A stretch of 59,122 nucleotides of DNA, counting the filler. It is 3 parts of 3 records of this genome, joined end to end, with 100 filler letters (N's around TTAATTAATTAA, not from the genome) between each part and the next. Parts side by side here need not be neighbours in the genome. Positions count along the whole stretch, not along the records: positions 21,374 to 43,019 come from DRR723986_9355; positions 43,120 to 59,122 come from DRR723986_9363; 1 more part is not named here. One strand, given 5' to 3'. The notes beneath the pieces were generated by a model that worked only from the letters and a program-made list of their open reading frames with translations, ran no database searches and had not been told where the DNA came from. How positions within the stretch are numbered: the first letter of the stretch is position 1; every line of letters begins with the position of its first letter. The translations under genes were made by a program, and so were the position numbers. Shown in pieces: positions 36,131 to 45,929 of the stretch.

Positions 36131-36991
36131 TCAGGCCCTCCGGTATGCATAAGAGATGGCGCCAAGCGCCGAGACCAGCAGCGTCGCGATCATCACCAGT
36201 GCGACCACGGCGGCGCGGGGCCATTGCTGGCCGGATTTCACGGTGTCAGCGATCAGGATGGACAGGGTCGTGAACTTGCCCCCACCCAGATAGGTTGCGG
36301 TGACAAAATCGCCAAAGCTGAAGATGAAAGCGAACAGCGCGCCCAGCACGATGCCGGGACGCACCGCCGGCAGCACCGTGGCGAACAGCACCCGGCACGG
36401 GCCACAGCCCAGGTTATAGGCGGCGTCGATCAGTGTCTTGTCCAGCGACAGCATTGAAATCGACTGGATCACGATCACCAGCGGAAGGGTCAGCGTCACC
36501 AGCCCAACCATCAGTGCCAGCGGCGTGTTCAGCAGGCTGCCGCTGTCGATGCCGACGGCGGCCAGCGACTTCATGATGATGCCGTTTTCGGTCAGGTAGA
36601 TTTGCCAGGAATAGATCCGCACTAGATACGAGGTGAAGAACGGCACCACGAACAACCCCAGAACCACCATCCGCGCCTTGAGCCCAAGGAAGAAACTGAT
36701 AGCCAGCGCACAAGGCAGCGCAACCAGGCTGGCCAGCGCTGCGGCGCTGAGTGCAATCAGGGTGGTGCGCAGATAGGCGGCCCAGAAGTAATTGGCGCTC
36801 AACATCTTTTGCCAATTTTCCAGCTGGAAATCCGGGGTCAGCAGAAAGTTCCGCACATCCCAGAAGCTGAGCCAGATCAGCAGGATCATCGGCCCCAGAA
36901 AGAACCCGGCTAGCCAAAGCGGCAGCGGCAGGCTCCACAGCCCGCTATAGGCCAGACGCGAAAGGCGCCGGTTGGAAATCAAAGTGGTCAT
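36131..36991 (-). CDS. ABC permease (PotB-like)
   Basis: PFFTSYLVRIYSW, DAAYNLG, FGDFV...LGG. Confidence 0.9.
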   Translation of the reverse strand: MTTLISNRRLSRLAYSGLWSLPLPLWLAGFFLGPMILLIWLSFWDVRNFLLTPDFQLENWQKMLSANYFWAAYLRTTLIALSAAALASLVALPCALAISFFLGLKARMVVLGLFVVPFFTSYLVRIYSWQIYLTENGIIMKSLAAVGIDSGSLLNTPLALMVGLVTLTLPLVIVIQSISMLSLDKTLIDAAYNLGCGPCRVLFATVLPAVRPGIVLGALFAFIFSFGDFVTATYLGGGKFTTLSILIADTVKSGQQWPRAAVVALVMIATLLVSALGAISYAYRRA

Positions 36992-37103
36992 GTCGTGGTC
37001 CGTTCGGCCCCGCACACGGGGCGTTTGATGTCTGTGTGAAAACGCCCCGCCATCGGGGAGAAAGGGTGATGGCGGGGAATAAGAGCGCCTTCAAAGGAGA
37101 GGG

Positions 37104-38216
37104 TCAGGCGCTCTTGTAGGCCGACCAGAAGTCGTTCCAGTCCGCCAGATCCTGCTGCACCGGCAGCTTGCGGATATGGATCCGCCCTTTGCGGATCAAG
37201 TCGATGGCGTTGCCGTCGCCCTTGAACATGCCAAGGTGGCGGGCGTCATCGGACCGTTCGGCGATCATGCGTTCCCAACCGGCTTTCGACGGGATGATCG
37301 CCGGGAAGACGTTCAGGTTCGCCAGCGTGAACTGCCCTTCGGGGCTGGATGTATGCTGGATGAACTTGCGTGCCAGATCGGCCTTGCGCGATCCGCGCCC
37401 GATTGAGAAGCTTTCCGTAAACTGAATGCCGCCCTGTTCGGGGATGGTGGTGGTCACATTAGCGCCGTCACGACGCAGCACACCGGTGATCCATTCGCCG
37501 ATACCCGGCATAACGGTGACTTCGCCCGATTTCAGCGAGGACAGCACGCCGCCATAGTCATAGAAACCGCGCACCTGCGGTTTCAGGCTCAGCGTGGTGT
37601 CCTGCAGCTCGGCCCAGGCATCACCGCCGATGTCATAGGGCGCCGTGTTGCCGTCCCGCAGGGACAGCACGCCAAGGTTGGGCAGGTGCCAGTCGAAATG
37701 GCCGACCTTGTCTTTGTGCTTGCCGTCCCACAACATGTCGTAAGAGGATGCATCCTTGACCGACACAGCGTCCAGGTTGTGTGAAATCCCGAGGAAGCCA
37801 AAACGGCTGATCACTGCGTAAAGTTCATCATTGTGCCAGTGGCCCGGGAACTTGTGGAATTCGGGATAGAAGTCGTCGAAGTGGTAATCCGCAGGATCCA
37901 GCTTTTCGACGAAATTGGCGCGCACCAGCTGCTGTACATATTCAGCGTCCGCGTGGATCAGATCATAGGTACCCGGAGGTGATTGAGCCAGCAGCGCCAG
38001 CATCTGTTCACCGCCCACATAGTATTTCGGCGTGATCTTGACGTTGTGAAGCTCTTCGAACTGGGCGACCGCATCAGGTTCGGCCTGGCCATACCAGGCC
38101 AGCATGGTCATCTCGGTCACCGACTGAGCGCGAGTAATCGACGGCATGGCCAACGTCCCGGCTGCGATAGCGCCGGACTTGAGCAAGGCACGTCTTGTGA
38201 GTGTTGTTTTGGCCAT
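37104..38216 (-). CDS. Tat-exported substrate-binding protein (PotD/PotF-like)
   Basis: TRRALL Tat motif; YDLIH, IPEQG, SSPEGQ. Confidence 0.88.
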   Translation of the reverse strand: MAKTTLTRRALLKSGAIAAGTLAMPSITRAQSVTEMTMLAWYGQAEPDAVAQFEELHNVKITPKYYVGGEQMLALLAQSPPGTYDLIHADAEYVQQLVRANFVEKLDPADYHFDDFYPEFHKFPGHWHNDELYAVISRFGFLGISHNLDAVSVKDASSYDMLWDGKHKDKVGHFDWHLPNLGVLSLRDGNTAPYDIGGDAWAELQDTTLSLKPQVRGFYDYGGVLSSLKSGEVTVMPGIGEWITGVLRRDGANVTTTIPEQGGIQFTESFSIGRGSRKADLARKFIQHTSSPEGQFTLANLNVFPAIIPSKAGWERMIAERSDDARHLGMFKGDGNAIDLIRKGRIHIRKLPVQQDLADWNDFWSAYKSA

Positions 38217-38385
38217 TTTCGGCTCCTCCCTTGGTGGATGAAGGGAGTATTCGGGCTGGTCGCCGCATCAACAATCGAGCAGATTTCAGCAAGTCCACAG
38301 TTTTTCTCAGCCTTTCAGAGGCGTGACATTCAGCCTTAACTTGCATTGAGAGGGCGCCAGAGTCGTATGGCGGGAGATTCGCCGC

Positions 38386-39321
38386 CTAATGATCCCCCTG
38401 TGGGATAAATTTCAACCCATAGGGGCTATCACGGAACAGGTCCGCCTCTTTCAACAACCAGTCCTGAAAGGCGCGCACCTTGGCCGATTGCGCACGCTCC
38501 ATCGGACACACCAGGTAATAGCTACGATCTTTTAACACCTGGGGAATCGGCGCTGCAATACGGCCTCGTTCAATCTCCCGCGAAGCGGCGATGATACTGA
38601 CCAGCGCAGCGGCACGGTTGTCCATCGCAGCCTCGATGCACATGATCTCGTCACTGAAACTGGCGATCGGTCGTAGCCCTGATCCGTCGATCCCGACCGA
38701 AGCGAACCACGCCCGCCAGTTCGGGTCGCCGTCCTGAAAGCCCAGCCACTCATACTCCACCAGATCCCGGCTCAGCAGGTCCTCAGGCGTGCGGATATTC
38801 TTCTCCAAGCGGCGCGAACAGATCGGGGTGACATAGTCATCCAACACCCAGGCTGCATGTTCCGAAGGGTCGGGGCTGTCAGTATAGCGGATCGACACAT
38901 CCACGCTGAAGCGCGCGAAATCCAGCACCGTGTCAGACGCGATCACCTTGACCTCCAGCTGCGGATAAAGCTGGCTGAACTTGGGCAAACGCGGGCTGAG
39001 CCAACTCCAGGCGAAGGAGCGCGTCGTGGTCACGACCAGTTCGCCTTCGACCTCATCCGTGCTCAGCTGCGCGATGCCGAGGTTCAGGTTGCGAAAGGCA
39101 TCGGTCACGAATGGGCGGAGCAATGCACCCTCAGTCGTCAGCTTCAGCGAACGGGTCAGGCGGTGAAACAACCGCGTGTCGAGCTGCGTTTCCAGCGTCT
39201 TCAAACGGTGACTGATCGCGGTGGGGGTCAGCAGCAGCTCTTCGGCGGCCAGTTTGATGCTCATATGGCGGGAGACGGCCTCGAACGCCTGCAGACTGGT
39301 CAGGGGCGGCAATCGTTTCAC
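38386..39321 (-). CDS. LysR family regulator (GcvA-like)
   Basis: LPPLTSLQAFEAVSR, AAEELLLTPTAISHRLKTLE. Confidence 0.95.
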   Translation of the reverse strand: MKRLPPLTSLQAFEAVSRHMSIKLAAEELLLTPTAISHRLKTLETQLDTRLFHRLTRSLKLTTEGALLRPFVTDAFRNLNLGIAQLSTDEVEGELVVTTTRSFAWSWLSPRLPKFSQLYPQLEVKVIASDTVLDFARFSVDVSIRYTDSPDPSEHAAWVLDDYVTPICSRRLEKNIRTPEDLLSRDLVEYEWLGFQDGDPNWRAWFASVGIDGSGLRPIASFSDEIMCIEAAMDNRAAALVSIIAASREIERGRIAAPIPQVLKDRSYYLVCPMERAQSAKVRAFQDWLLKEADLFRDSPYGLKFIPQGDH

Positions 39322-39347
39322 GGGGTCGGTCCTCCTCCAAAAACCAG

Positions 39348-39373
39348 TGGCCCCTCCACTATGGGAGGGGCCA
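39348..39373 (-). terminator. Hairpin after the sugar ABC permease
   Basis: TGGCCCCTCC-N6-GGAGGGGCCA, followed by CTGGTTTTT on the minus strand. Confidence 0.6.
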
Positions 39374-39393
39374 TCCTTTTCCTGATCTTGTGA

Positions 39394-40386
39394 TCAGCTT
39401 CGCCTTGCGCGCAAGACGTCCAACGCAGCTGCCACAATCAGAACGAGACCAGTTGTCATGAGACTCAACTCTGTTGGCACGTTCATCAGAATCAGACCGT
39501 TCGCCAACATGCCCAGCAACCAGACCCCAAGCACCACCCGCAGAATCGATCCTTTGCCGCCCGAAAACGGGATGCCTCCCAGCAGCACGGCGGTCAGAAC
39601 GCTCAGTTCGACCCCGATGCCCAGTGTGCCGGCGGGGGCCGAATTGATGCGCGAGATGCTCATCAATGCAGCCACAGCGACAAAGAAACCGGTTGCAGCA
39701 TAAAGCCCGATGCCGATGGCCTTGACCCGCAGCCCGACCAGAAACGCCGCGCGCTGATTAACGCCCAGAGCGACAATCTGCGGCCCGATGGGCAGCAACG
39801 CCATGACGCCCACCCCCAAAGTGATCACCGCCAGCATGATCCAGGTCAGGATCGGCAGGCCCAGCACACGTTCATAGCCAATCACCAGAAACTCCTCGGG
39901 GAAGCCGAAGACCGGATTGGGCGCCAGCCACTGCGCCAGACCCCGGATCAGGGTCAGCGTACCCAGCGTGATGATGATCGGTGACATGCCTACCGCCGAC
40001 ACCAACACCCCGTTGATCAAGCCGACAACCGTGCCGACAGCCAGCGTCAGCAGGACGGCTCCGGTGATGCCGAGTGGTTCAAAGCACAGCCCTGCGACGA
40101 CACCGCAAAGCGCCAGCGTAGACCCCACAGACAGGTCGATCTTTCCTGCCATCAACAACAGCGCAAAAGGGATCGAAATTGTCATCATCGCCGAAACCTG
40201 TACTGAAATCGCGATCCAATTGTTCGCGGTCATGAAAACCGGCGCCTTGATGTAGAAGAACAGCGCCAACAGCGCGATGGCCACAGGCAGTGCCGCCGCA
40301 ACAGCCAATTCGAACCAGTCCCTGCCCTGCTTGTCGCTAGGCGTGGTGCTGGCGGAGGTTCCGCGTGTCAATCCTGTATCCGTCAT
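39394..40386 (-). CDS. Sugar ABC transporter permease (RbsC-like)
   Basis: IDLSVGS, PIIITLG, ELSVLTAVLLGG...GGKGS. Confidence 0.92.
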   Translation of the reverse strand: MTDTGLTRGTSASTTPSDKQGRDWFELAVAAALPVAIALLALFFYIKAPVFMTANNWIAISVQVSAMMTISIPFALLLMAGKIDLSVGSTLALCGVVAGLCFEPLGITGAVLLTLAVGTVVGLINGVLVSAVGMSPIIITLGTLTLIRGLAQWLAPNPVFGFPEEFLVIGYERVLGLPILTWIMLAVITLGVGVMALLPIGPQIVALGVNQRAAFLVGLRVKAIGIGLYAATGFFVAVAALMSISRINSAPAGTLGIGVELSVLTAVLLGGIPFSGGKGSILRVVLGVWLLGMLANGLILMNVPTELSLMTTGLVLIVAAALDVLRARRS

Positions 40387-41954
40387 TGCATCATTTCCAT
40401 CTGTCGGGCGTCGGCAGCGACCCCTTCTTGCGTTCCGTGTTCGGCCTTGTGGGCCAGTTCGATCAGAAGTTCTTCATCATGGGGGTTGTCGATCAGGGCG
40501 ACCTGCTGGCCGCGCCCCAACACCATTACCTTGTCCGCGAGATGGCAGATCTCGGTTGCGTCCGAACTGGCAACGATGATCGTCGTGCCTTTGCGTTTGA
40601 CGTCGGCCAACGCCTCATACAATTCATGTCGCGCACCGATATCTACACCTTGTGTAGGCTCATCCAACAGCAGCAGTTTCAGTCCTGCTCCTTCGACCAG
40701 CCAACGGCCCACCATGATCTTTTGCGCATTGCCACCGCTGAACCGCTGCCCCTGCAGGCGCGGGTTCGGCGGTTGGATATTCAGGCGTCGCGCGGCACGT
40801 TCGAACTCGATCCCCTCGCGGTTGAAATTCCGCAGCATCCGGGGCAGCGGAGAGCGGCCCAGATGCGGCACCAACAGGTTCTCGATGGCAGCAAAGCTGG
40901 CAAACAAGCTTTGTTCCTTACGGTCGCTGGCAACCAGCGCAATGCCCTGATCCAACGCTGCGCGGGGAGAGGCAAAGCTGCGCCCTTCGCCATCATAAAC
41001 CATCGCTCCACCGCTTTGCGGCGCGGCACCCGACAGGCATTCCAGCAGCTCCGTCCGCCCCGCCCCCATTAACCCATAGATGCCCAGCACCTCACCGGGG
41101 TGCAGCGCCACGTCGATGGGGCCGACAAAGGAGGTCTCAAGCCCCTCAAGCCGCAGCACCTCGGGTCCGTCCGCCTGAAACGGGATCTTTTCGAGCCCCG
41201 TTACCAGAGCATCGGGAGAGATCGCGTCGGTCATATCCGCAATGCTCACCTCCTCCACCGGCCGTGTCCACAGGATACGGCCATCGCGCAGAATGGTGAC
41301 GTCATCGGCGATCTTGGGAATCTCATCGAGGAAGTGCGTGACATAAATCACCCCGATCCCGTCATTGGTCACTGCCTGGCGGATCACCTCGTGCAGGGCC
41401 TTGGCCTCCTTGTCCGACAGGGAGGCTGTGGGTTCATCCAAGATCAGGAACTTCGGCTTCAGCCGCAGTGCGCGGGCGATTTCCACCACTTTGCGCTCCC
41501 CCACCCCCAGCGATCCCAGATCGGCGCGCGGATCGATGTCATCGACCCCCAGCCGTTCCAGCAAGGCGCGGGCCTGATCGTTCTGGGCGCGGCGATCCAC
41601 ACGGCCGCCACTCCGAATTTCATGGCCGAGAAAGATATTCTCGGCCACACTCAGGCCCTCAAAGACCTGAAAGTGCTGATAGATGATCGCCACCCCCTGA
41701 TCCTGAACCTCTCGAGGCCCCAGCCCCCGCAGCGAAGCGGCCCCGACAAGGATGTCGCCGCTATCCGCATCCTGGGCGCCGCTCACACAGTTCAGCAGGG
41801 TGGATTTGCCTGCCCCATTGGCGCCGAGAAAGGCCAGAACCCGCCCTGCCTCCACCGCCAGGTCCACACCTTTGAGCACGGCGACTGGCCCATAGGATTT
41901 GCGCAGATCATTCACCTCAAGACGCATTGGTCCGCTCCTTGTCGGGGATGTCAT
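40383..41954 (-). CDS. Sugar ABC transporter ATP-binding protein (RbsA-like, two NBDs)
   Basis: GANGAGKST, ILDEPT, GLMGAGRTE, FSGGNAQK, LLDEPTQGVDIG. Confidence 0.93.
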   Translation of the reverse strand: MTSPTRSGPMRLEVNDLRKSYGPVAVLKGVDLAVEAGRVLAFLGANGAGKSTLLNCVSGAQDADSGDILVGAASLRGLGPREVQDQGVAIIYQHFQVFEGLSVAENIFLGHEIRSGGRVDRRAQNDQARALLERLGVDDIDPRADLGSLGVGERKVVEIARALRLKPKFLILDEPTASLSDKEAKALHEVIRQAVTNDGIGVIYVTHFLDEIPKIADDVTILRDGRILWTRPVEEVSIADMTDAISPDALVTGLEKIPFQADGPEVLRLEGLETSFVGPIDVALHPGEVLGIYGLMGAGRTELLECLSGAAPQSGGAMVYDGEGRSFASPRAALDQGIALVASDRKEQSLFASFAAIENLLVPHLGRSPLPRMLRNFNREGIEFERAARRLNIQPPNPRLQGQRFSGGNAQKIMVGRWLVEGAGLKLLLLDEPTQGVDIGARHELYEALADVKRKGTTIIVASSDATEICHLADKVMVLGRGQQVALIDNPHDEELLIELAHKAEHGTQEGVAADARQMEMMQ

Positions 41955-42958
41955 CAGTTGGCGTAGTTGGACAGCAACTTGTCCAGCAGCGCCTGATCGG
42001 CCTTGCTGGCCAGAACCGTCGGCGTATAGGCAAAGCTGGGTTCGACGTCGCGCACCGCATTCAGTGCCAGATCGACGATATTGGCGCCCAGCTCGTTAAT
42101 CAGGATCGCAGCCGAGGCGCGATAGGCACCGCCATCATTCACCGCGCTCAACCCTTCGAGCGAGCCGTCCTGACCGCCCACGAACATCGTGTCGGGATTG
42201 GCACCCGCCAGCCGGATCGCGCGCAGCGCACCCACCGCGGCGTCATCCGCCATGCCGATGATGATGTCGAGATCGGGGTGCTGTTGCAGCACGGTTTCAG
42301 CCACGCGCAACCCGTTGGTCTGGTCGGCAGCGTCCTGCTCGGCCACAACCGTGATGCCGTTTTCGGCAAAGATCCGGGTGACTTCGGTCCAGCGCGGGCT
42401 GAGCGACGGCAGCGGTGTCAGCGTGGTCACTAGAGCCTTGGCGTCGTTCACACCATTGGCTTTAACCCAATCTACGGCGGCCTGCGCCACGATCTGACCC
42501 GACTGTGCGTGATCAAAGCCCACGAACCCGTCAGATCCGTCCATCTTGCCCAGATAGGTCAGCCATTTGATGCCCTGCGTCTGTGCCTGACGTTGCAGCG
42601 GCTGCAGCGCGGTGGGTTCAATCGGCAGCACCACGATGGCGTCCACGCCCAGCGTGATCCAGCCCTGGATCGCGTTGATCTGCTGTTCCAGATTGTTGCC
42701 TTGGGTGTTGTCATGCAGCACGGTCACGCAACCCAGCTGGGTCGCGCGCTCATCCGCGAACCGGCGCACTTGTTTGACGATGGCGACTTCGGACACTGAA
42801 TGGCTGTAGGCGACCTGATAGGTCTTGCCGCCTTCGCAGGCATCCGACACGGCGGTACGGATTTGATCGATGGTGACATCTTTGATATCGGCGGCCTGAG
42901 CGCCCGCGCCCATGGCCATCGCCATGGTCAACGCCAGTGATTTGGTAAGTTTCTTCAT
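41954..42958 (-). CDS. Sugar ABC transporter substrate-binding protein (RbsB-like)
   Basis: Signal peptide; GVDAIVVLP, FVGFDH, ADDAAVGA, VGGQDG. Confidence 0.9.
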   Translation of the reverse strand: MKKLTKSLALTMAMAMGAGAQAADIKDVTIDQIRTAVSDACEGGKTYQVAYSHSVSEVAIVKQVRRFADERATQLGCVTVLHDNTQGNNLEQQINAIQGWITLGVDAIVVLPIEPTALQPLQRQAQTQGIKWLTYLGKMDGSDGFVGFDHAQSGQIVAQAAVDWVKANGVNDAKALVTTLTPLPSLSPRWTEVTRIFAENGITVVAEQDAADQTNGLRVAETVLQQHPDLDIIIGMADDAAVGALRAIRLAGANPDTMFVGGQDGSLEGLSAVNDGGAYRASAAILINELGANIVDLALNAVRDVEPSFAYTPTVLASKADQALLDKLLSNYAN

Positions 42959-43019
42959 GGGATTATCCCTGTTGATCTGTTGGAAGAGGTCCGCAATTTT
43001 CGCGGTTGGTATGGGTGGG

Positions 43020-43119
43020 NNNNNNNNNNNNNNNNNNNNNNNNNNNNNNNNNNNNNNNNNNNNTTAATTAATTAANNNNNNNNNNNNNNNNNNNNNNNNN
43101 NNNNNNNNNNNNNNNNNNN
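43020..43119. other. Artificial contig linker N44-TTAATTAATTAA-N44
   Basis: Identical to 21274-21373. Confidence 0.99.
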
Positions 43120-43145
43120 CCGAAGGGCCGAGCGTAAAAACCATG

Positions 43146-43421
43146 TTAGGCGTCCAGGTGCGCCGCTAGACAAGATTGCAGATAGGATACGCCACGTTCA
43201 GTCACGCGCAGCGGTTCGCGTCCACCGCCGCCAACGAATTCAAAGAAGCGTCCAAATGGCCAGTCGAGTTTGGTACCGACCAGCATGTCAATACCGTGGT
43301 CATCACCGCGGTAATCGTGCCAGAAGCGAGCAATCAACCGATCACCGTCATAAATGCGGTATGTGTATGGACCAAAGGATTCGCGTCCATCGCTGTCATC
43401 TTGTTCGATGCGAAAAGCCAA
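43146..43421 (-). CDS. Hypothetical protein (91 aa)
   Basis: Protein-like composition (YTYRIY, FWHDYRGDDHG); no family recognised. Confidence 0.5.
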   Translation of the reverse strand: MAFRIEQDDSDGRESFGPYTYRIYDGDRLIARFWHDYRGDDHGIDMLVGTKLDWPFGRFFEFVGGGGREPLRVTERGVSYLQSCLAAHLDA

Positions 43422-43665
43422 AAGTCAAGGGACGCCTAACATACTTTTATCGGACAGCCTGTCTGATAAACAGGCGGAGTTCGGTATTCTCCGAAAATTT
43501 GAAGTGACGAGCAATGGTCCTTCTAGGGGGAAGAACAAAAGCTCCCGCTTGGCCGTAAACGCACTTTATGACGCTGGAGAAAAGACTCTCCTGGAGAAAA
43601 CGCTGGCTCGGGGCCTGCCGACTTGTTCGCAATAATGGTCTACCAGCTACCAGGCATCGGTATCG

Positions 43666-44988
43666 CTAGGCGGCTCGCTTCTGGGCTTGAGGCGAGATGA
43701 GACTAAGGATGCGATCGAACTCATTGGCGTTGGAGAAGTTAATCACAATCTTGCCGCGGCCCTTGGCGGACTGCTTAATCTCGGCCTTCGTGCCAAGAGC
43801 AAGTCGCAACTGCTGCTCGATCGAAGCAATCTGTGCGTTCTTCGGCTTCCGGCCACCACCCTGACCACTGGGGAGAATTCCGTCTTCTTGAGCAAGACGG
43901 TCGGAAACACGACGTTCGGTCTCGCGGACACTCCAATGCTCGGACTTGATCTGATCAGCAAACGCTATCTGCTGCTCATCGTCGCCCAACGGCAGAAGCG
44001 CTCGGGCGTGTCCGGCTGTGATGCCGCCCGACTGCACAGCAGCCTGCACCTTCTCAGGAAGCTCCATCAGACGCATCAAGTTGGCGATGGTACTGCGGTC
44101 AATCTTCAATCGCTTTGCCAAATCATCCTGCGTGCATTTATGCTGATCAATGTATCGCCGGAACGAAAGCGCTTTTTCGATCGGGTCGAGGTCTTTACGC
44201 TGCAAGTTTTCAACAATTGCCAACTCAGCAACCAAACGATCGTCGGCCTGGCGAACCTCAGCTCGGATCGTTTTCAGTCCGGCGTGGATCGTCGCTCGCA
44301 AACGACGTTCACCTGAGATCAATTGGTAGCGATCACCGACCTTGCGGACTAGGACAGGCTGAAGCTGCTTGTGCTCACGAATGCTTTCCGCGAGTGCCGC
44401 AATTTCCTCTTCGTTGAATTTCCGCCTTGGCTGAAACGGATTGTTATCGATCTCGTAAACGCTCAACTGAAGCGCTTCACCGGCTACGGCGCTCGAGGTG
44501 TCGCTCTTGGGCTGTTTTGCACTGTGCTGTTTTACACTGGGCTGTTTTGCACTGGGCTTCTCTGGGCGAGTCGAAGATGAATCGGCTGAGCTGCCTTTGG
44601 CGCTAGCAGATCGATCAAGGGGCACTGAACCAGTCACCTGCTTGGCTGAAGCGGTTTCGCTGCGCCCAGTGGTGGTGCTACGGCCGCTGGCGGTTGATGC
44701 ACCTGAGCTACTCAATGTGGGCTTGGATGCTACCGGCTTGGATGTATTTGAAGTCGCTGCACTGGAAGGTTTTGCACTCGAGCTTCCTGCGCTCGAACGC
44801 CCTGCACCGGTTTTTGTTGAAGCCGCAGCAGGTTTCGCGGAAACTGATGACACGGCAGCAGTGCTAGCTTTGGCAGCGGAAGCACCGACAGCGGGAGTTT
44901 CAACCGCGCCGTCGACGATCTCATCTTCTTCGAGCGGCGTTCCCAACAGTGCAGCAAGGCCGCGTCCAAGGCGTCGATCTTTAGTCAC
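43666..44988 (-). CDS. parB: ParB/Spo0J chromosome-partitioning protein with long low-complexity N-terminal linker
   Basis: LGRGLAALL, NPFQPRR, LISGERRLRA (arginine patch), VENLQRKDL, HTH RSTIANLMRL. Confidence 0.96.
   Translation of the reverse strand: MTKDRRLGRGLAALLGTPLEEDEIVDGAVETPAVGASAAKASTAAVSSVSAKPAAASTKTGAGRSSAGSSSAKPSSAATSNTSKPVASKPTLSSSGASTASGRSTTTGRSETASAKQVTGSVPLDRSASAKGSSADSSSTRPEKPSAKQPSVKQHSAKQPKSDTSSAVAGEALQLSVYEIDNNPFQPRRKFNEEEIAALAESIREHKQLQPVLVRKVGDRYQLISGERRLRATIHAGLKTIRAEVRQADDRLVAELAIVENLQRKDLDPIEKALSFRRYIDQHKCTQDDLAKRLKIDRSTIANLMRLMELPEKVQAAVQSGGITAGHARALLPLGDDEQQIAFADQIKSEHWSVRETERRVSDRLAQEDGILPSGQGGGRKPKNAQIASIEQQLRLALGTKAEIKQSAKGRGKIVINFSNANEFDRILSLISPQAQKRAA
44509..44558. 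repeat. 15-bp coding tandem repeat in the parB linker (KPSAKQPSVKQHSAKQP)
   Basis: gggctgttttgcact gtgctgttttacact gggctgttttgcact gggct. Confidence 0.85.
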
Positions 44989-45727
44989 GTTCCAGTACCT
45001 CCATGCATAGTTCTACGTAGGCTCGCGAGCCTCGGGAACGCGGCGCGTAGTCCATTACGCTTGTTCCATGGCTAGGAGCTTCAGAGACGGCGACATCGCG
45101 AGGTATGACGGTATCGAAAACGATATCGCCAAAGAACTCTCGGACCTCTTCGTCTACTTCGTGGGTCAGCTCCAGTGACGGATCATACATGGTGAGTAGG
45201 ATTCCGCCAAAGGTCAATCTGCCGTCACCGTGTTGCATTACCTTACGAATTACATGAATCATCTGCGTGAGCCCTTCCATCGCGTAGAACTCGCACTGAA
45301 TTGGCATCAACACTTCCGTACTAGCCGCAAGAGCAGCTTGCGTCAGTTGCCCAAGTGAAGGTGGGCAGTCGATGATCACGAAGTCGTAGGAGGCCATGCC
45401 TGCGTCGAGATTCTGTCGCAAGATGGCCGAGTCGCTTTGTTCGCCGCGTTCGATCCGGTCCACATCCACAAAGGATCGGCTGCCGGGAAGGAGCGTTAGA
45501 TTTGGCCAAGAAGTTTCGACAAGACTGTCTTTCAGTGCAGTTGATAGCAAAAGCGGGTGGCTGGCCGACGGCTGCGCGCCAACTCCACTGGTTGCATTGC
45601 ACTGCGGATCAAGGTCAACGAGCAGCGTTTGTTGTCCCGCGCGAGCGAGCCCGACGGCCAAGTTGACCGCTGTGGTCGTTTTTCCGACGCCGCCTTTTTG
45701 ATTTGCTACACAGATGATCCTTGCCAT
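44981..45727 (-). CDS. parA: ParA/Soj partitioning ATPase
   Basis: NQKGGVGKTTT, DLDPQCNAT, IIDCPPSLG, EAPSHG; overlaps the parB start. Confidence 0.96.
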   Translation of the reverse strand: MARIICVANQKGGVGKTTTAVNLAVGLARAGQQTLLVDLDPQCNATSGVGAQPSASHPLLLSTALKDSLVETSWPNLTLLPGSRSFVDVDRIERGEQSDSAILRQNLDAGMASYDFVIIDCPPSLGQLTQAALAASTEVLMPIQCEFYAMEGLTQMIHVIRKVMQHGDGRLTFGGILLTMYDPSLELTHEVDEEVREFFGDIVFDTVIPRDVAVSEAPSHGTSVMDYAPRSRGSRAYVELCMEVLERD

Positions 45728-45929
45728 CGCCCCATTGTCGTCAAAATCAAGTTTTTGCGGAACGGCAATCTTTCCACTTCCGCCAGCCAACGGAAATCAT
45801 TGCGGTAATTTTTTGCGCGGCATGAGCGTGTCAAAATTGCACGTTGGCTGCAGAACACGATGGTGGAAGGAATTCGTATACTGCCAATTCAAGCATTTCG
45901 TTTCCCACTCGTTGCCCATGTGAAGATCG

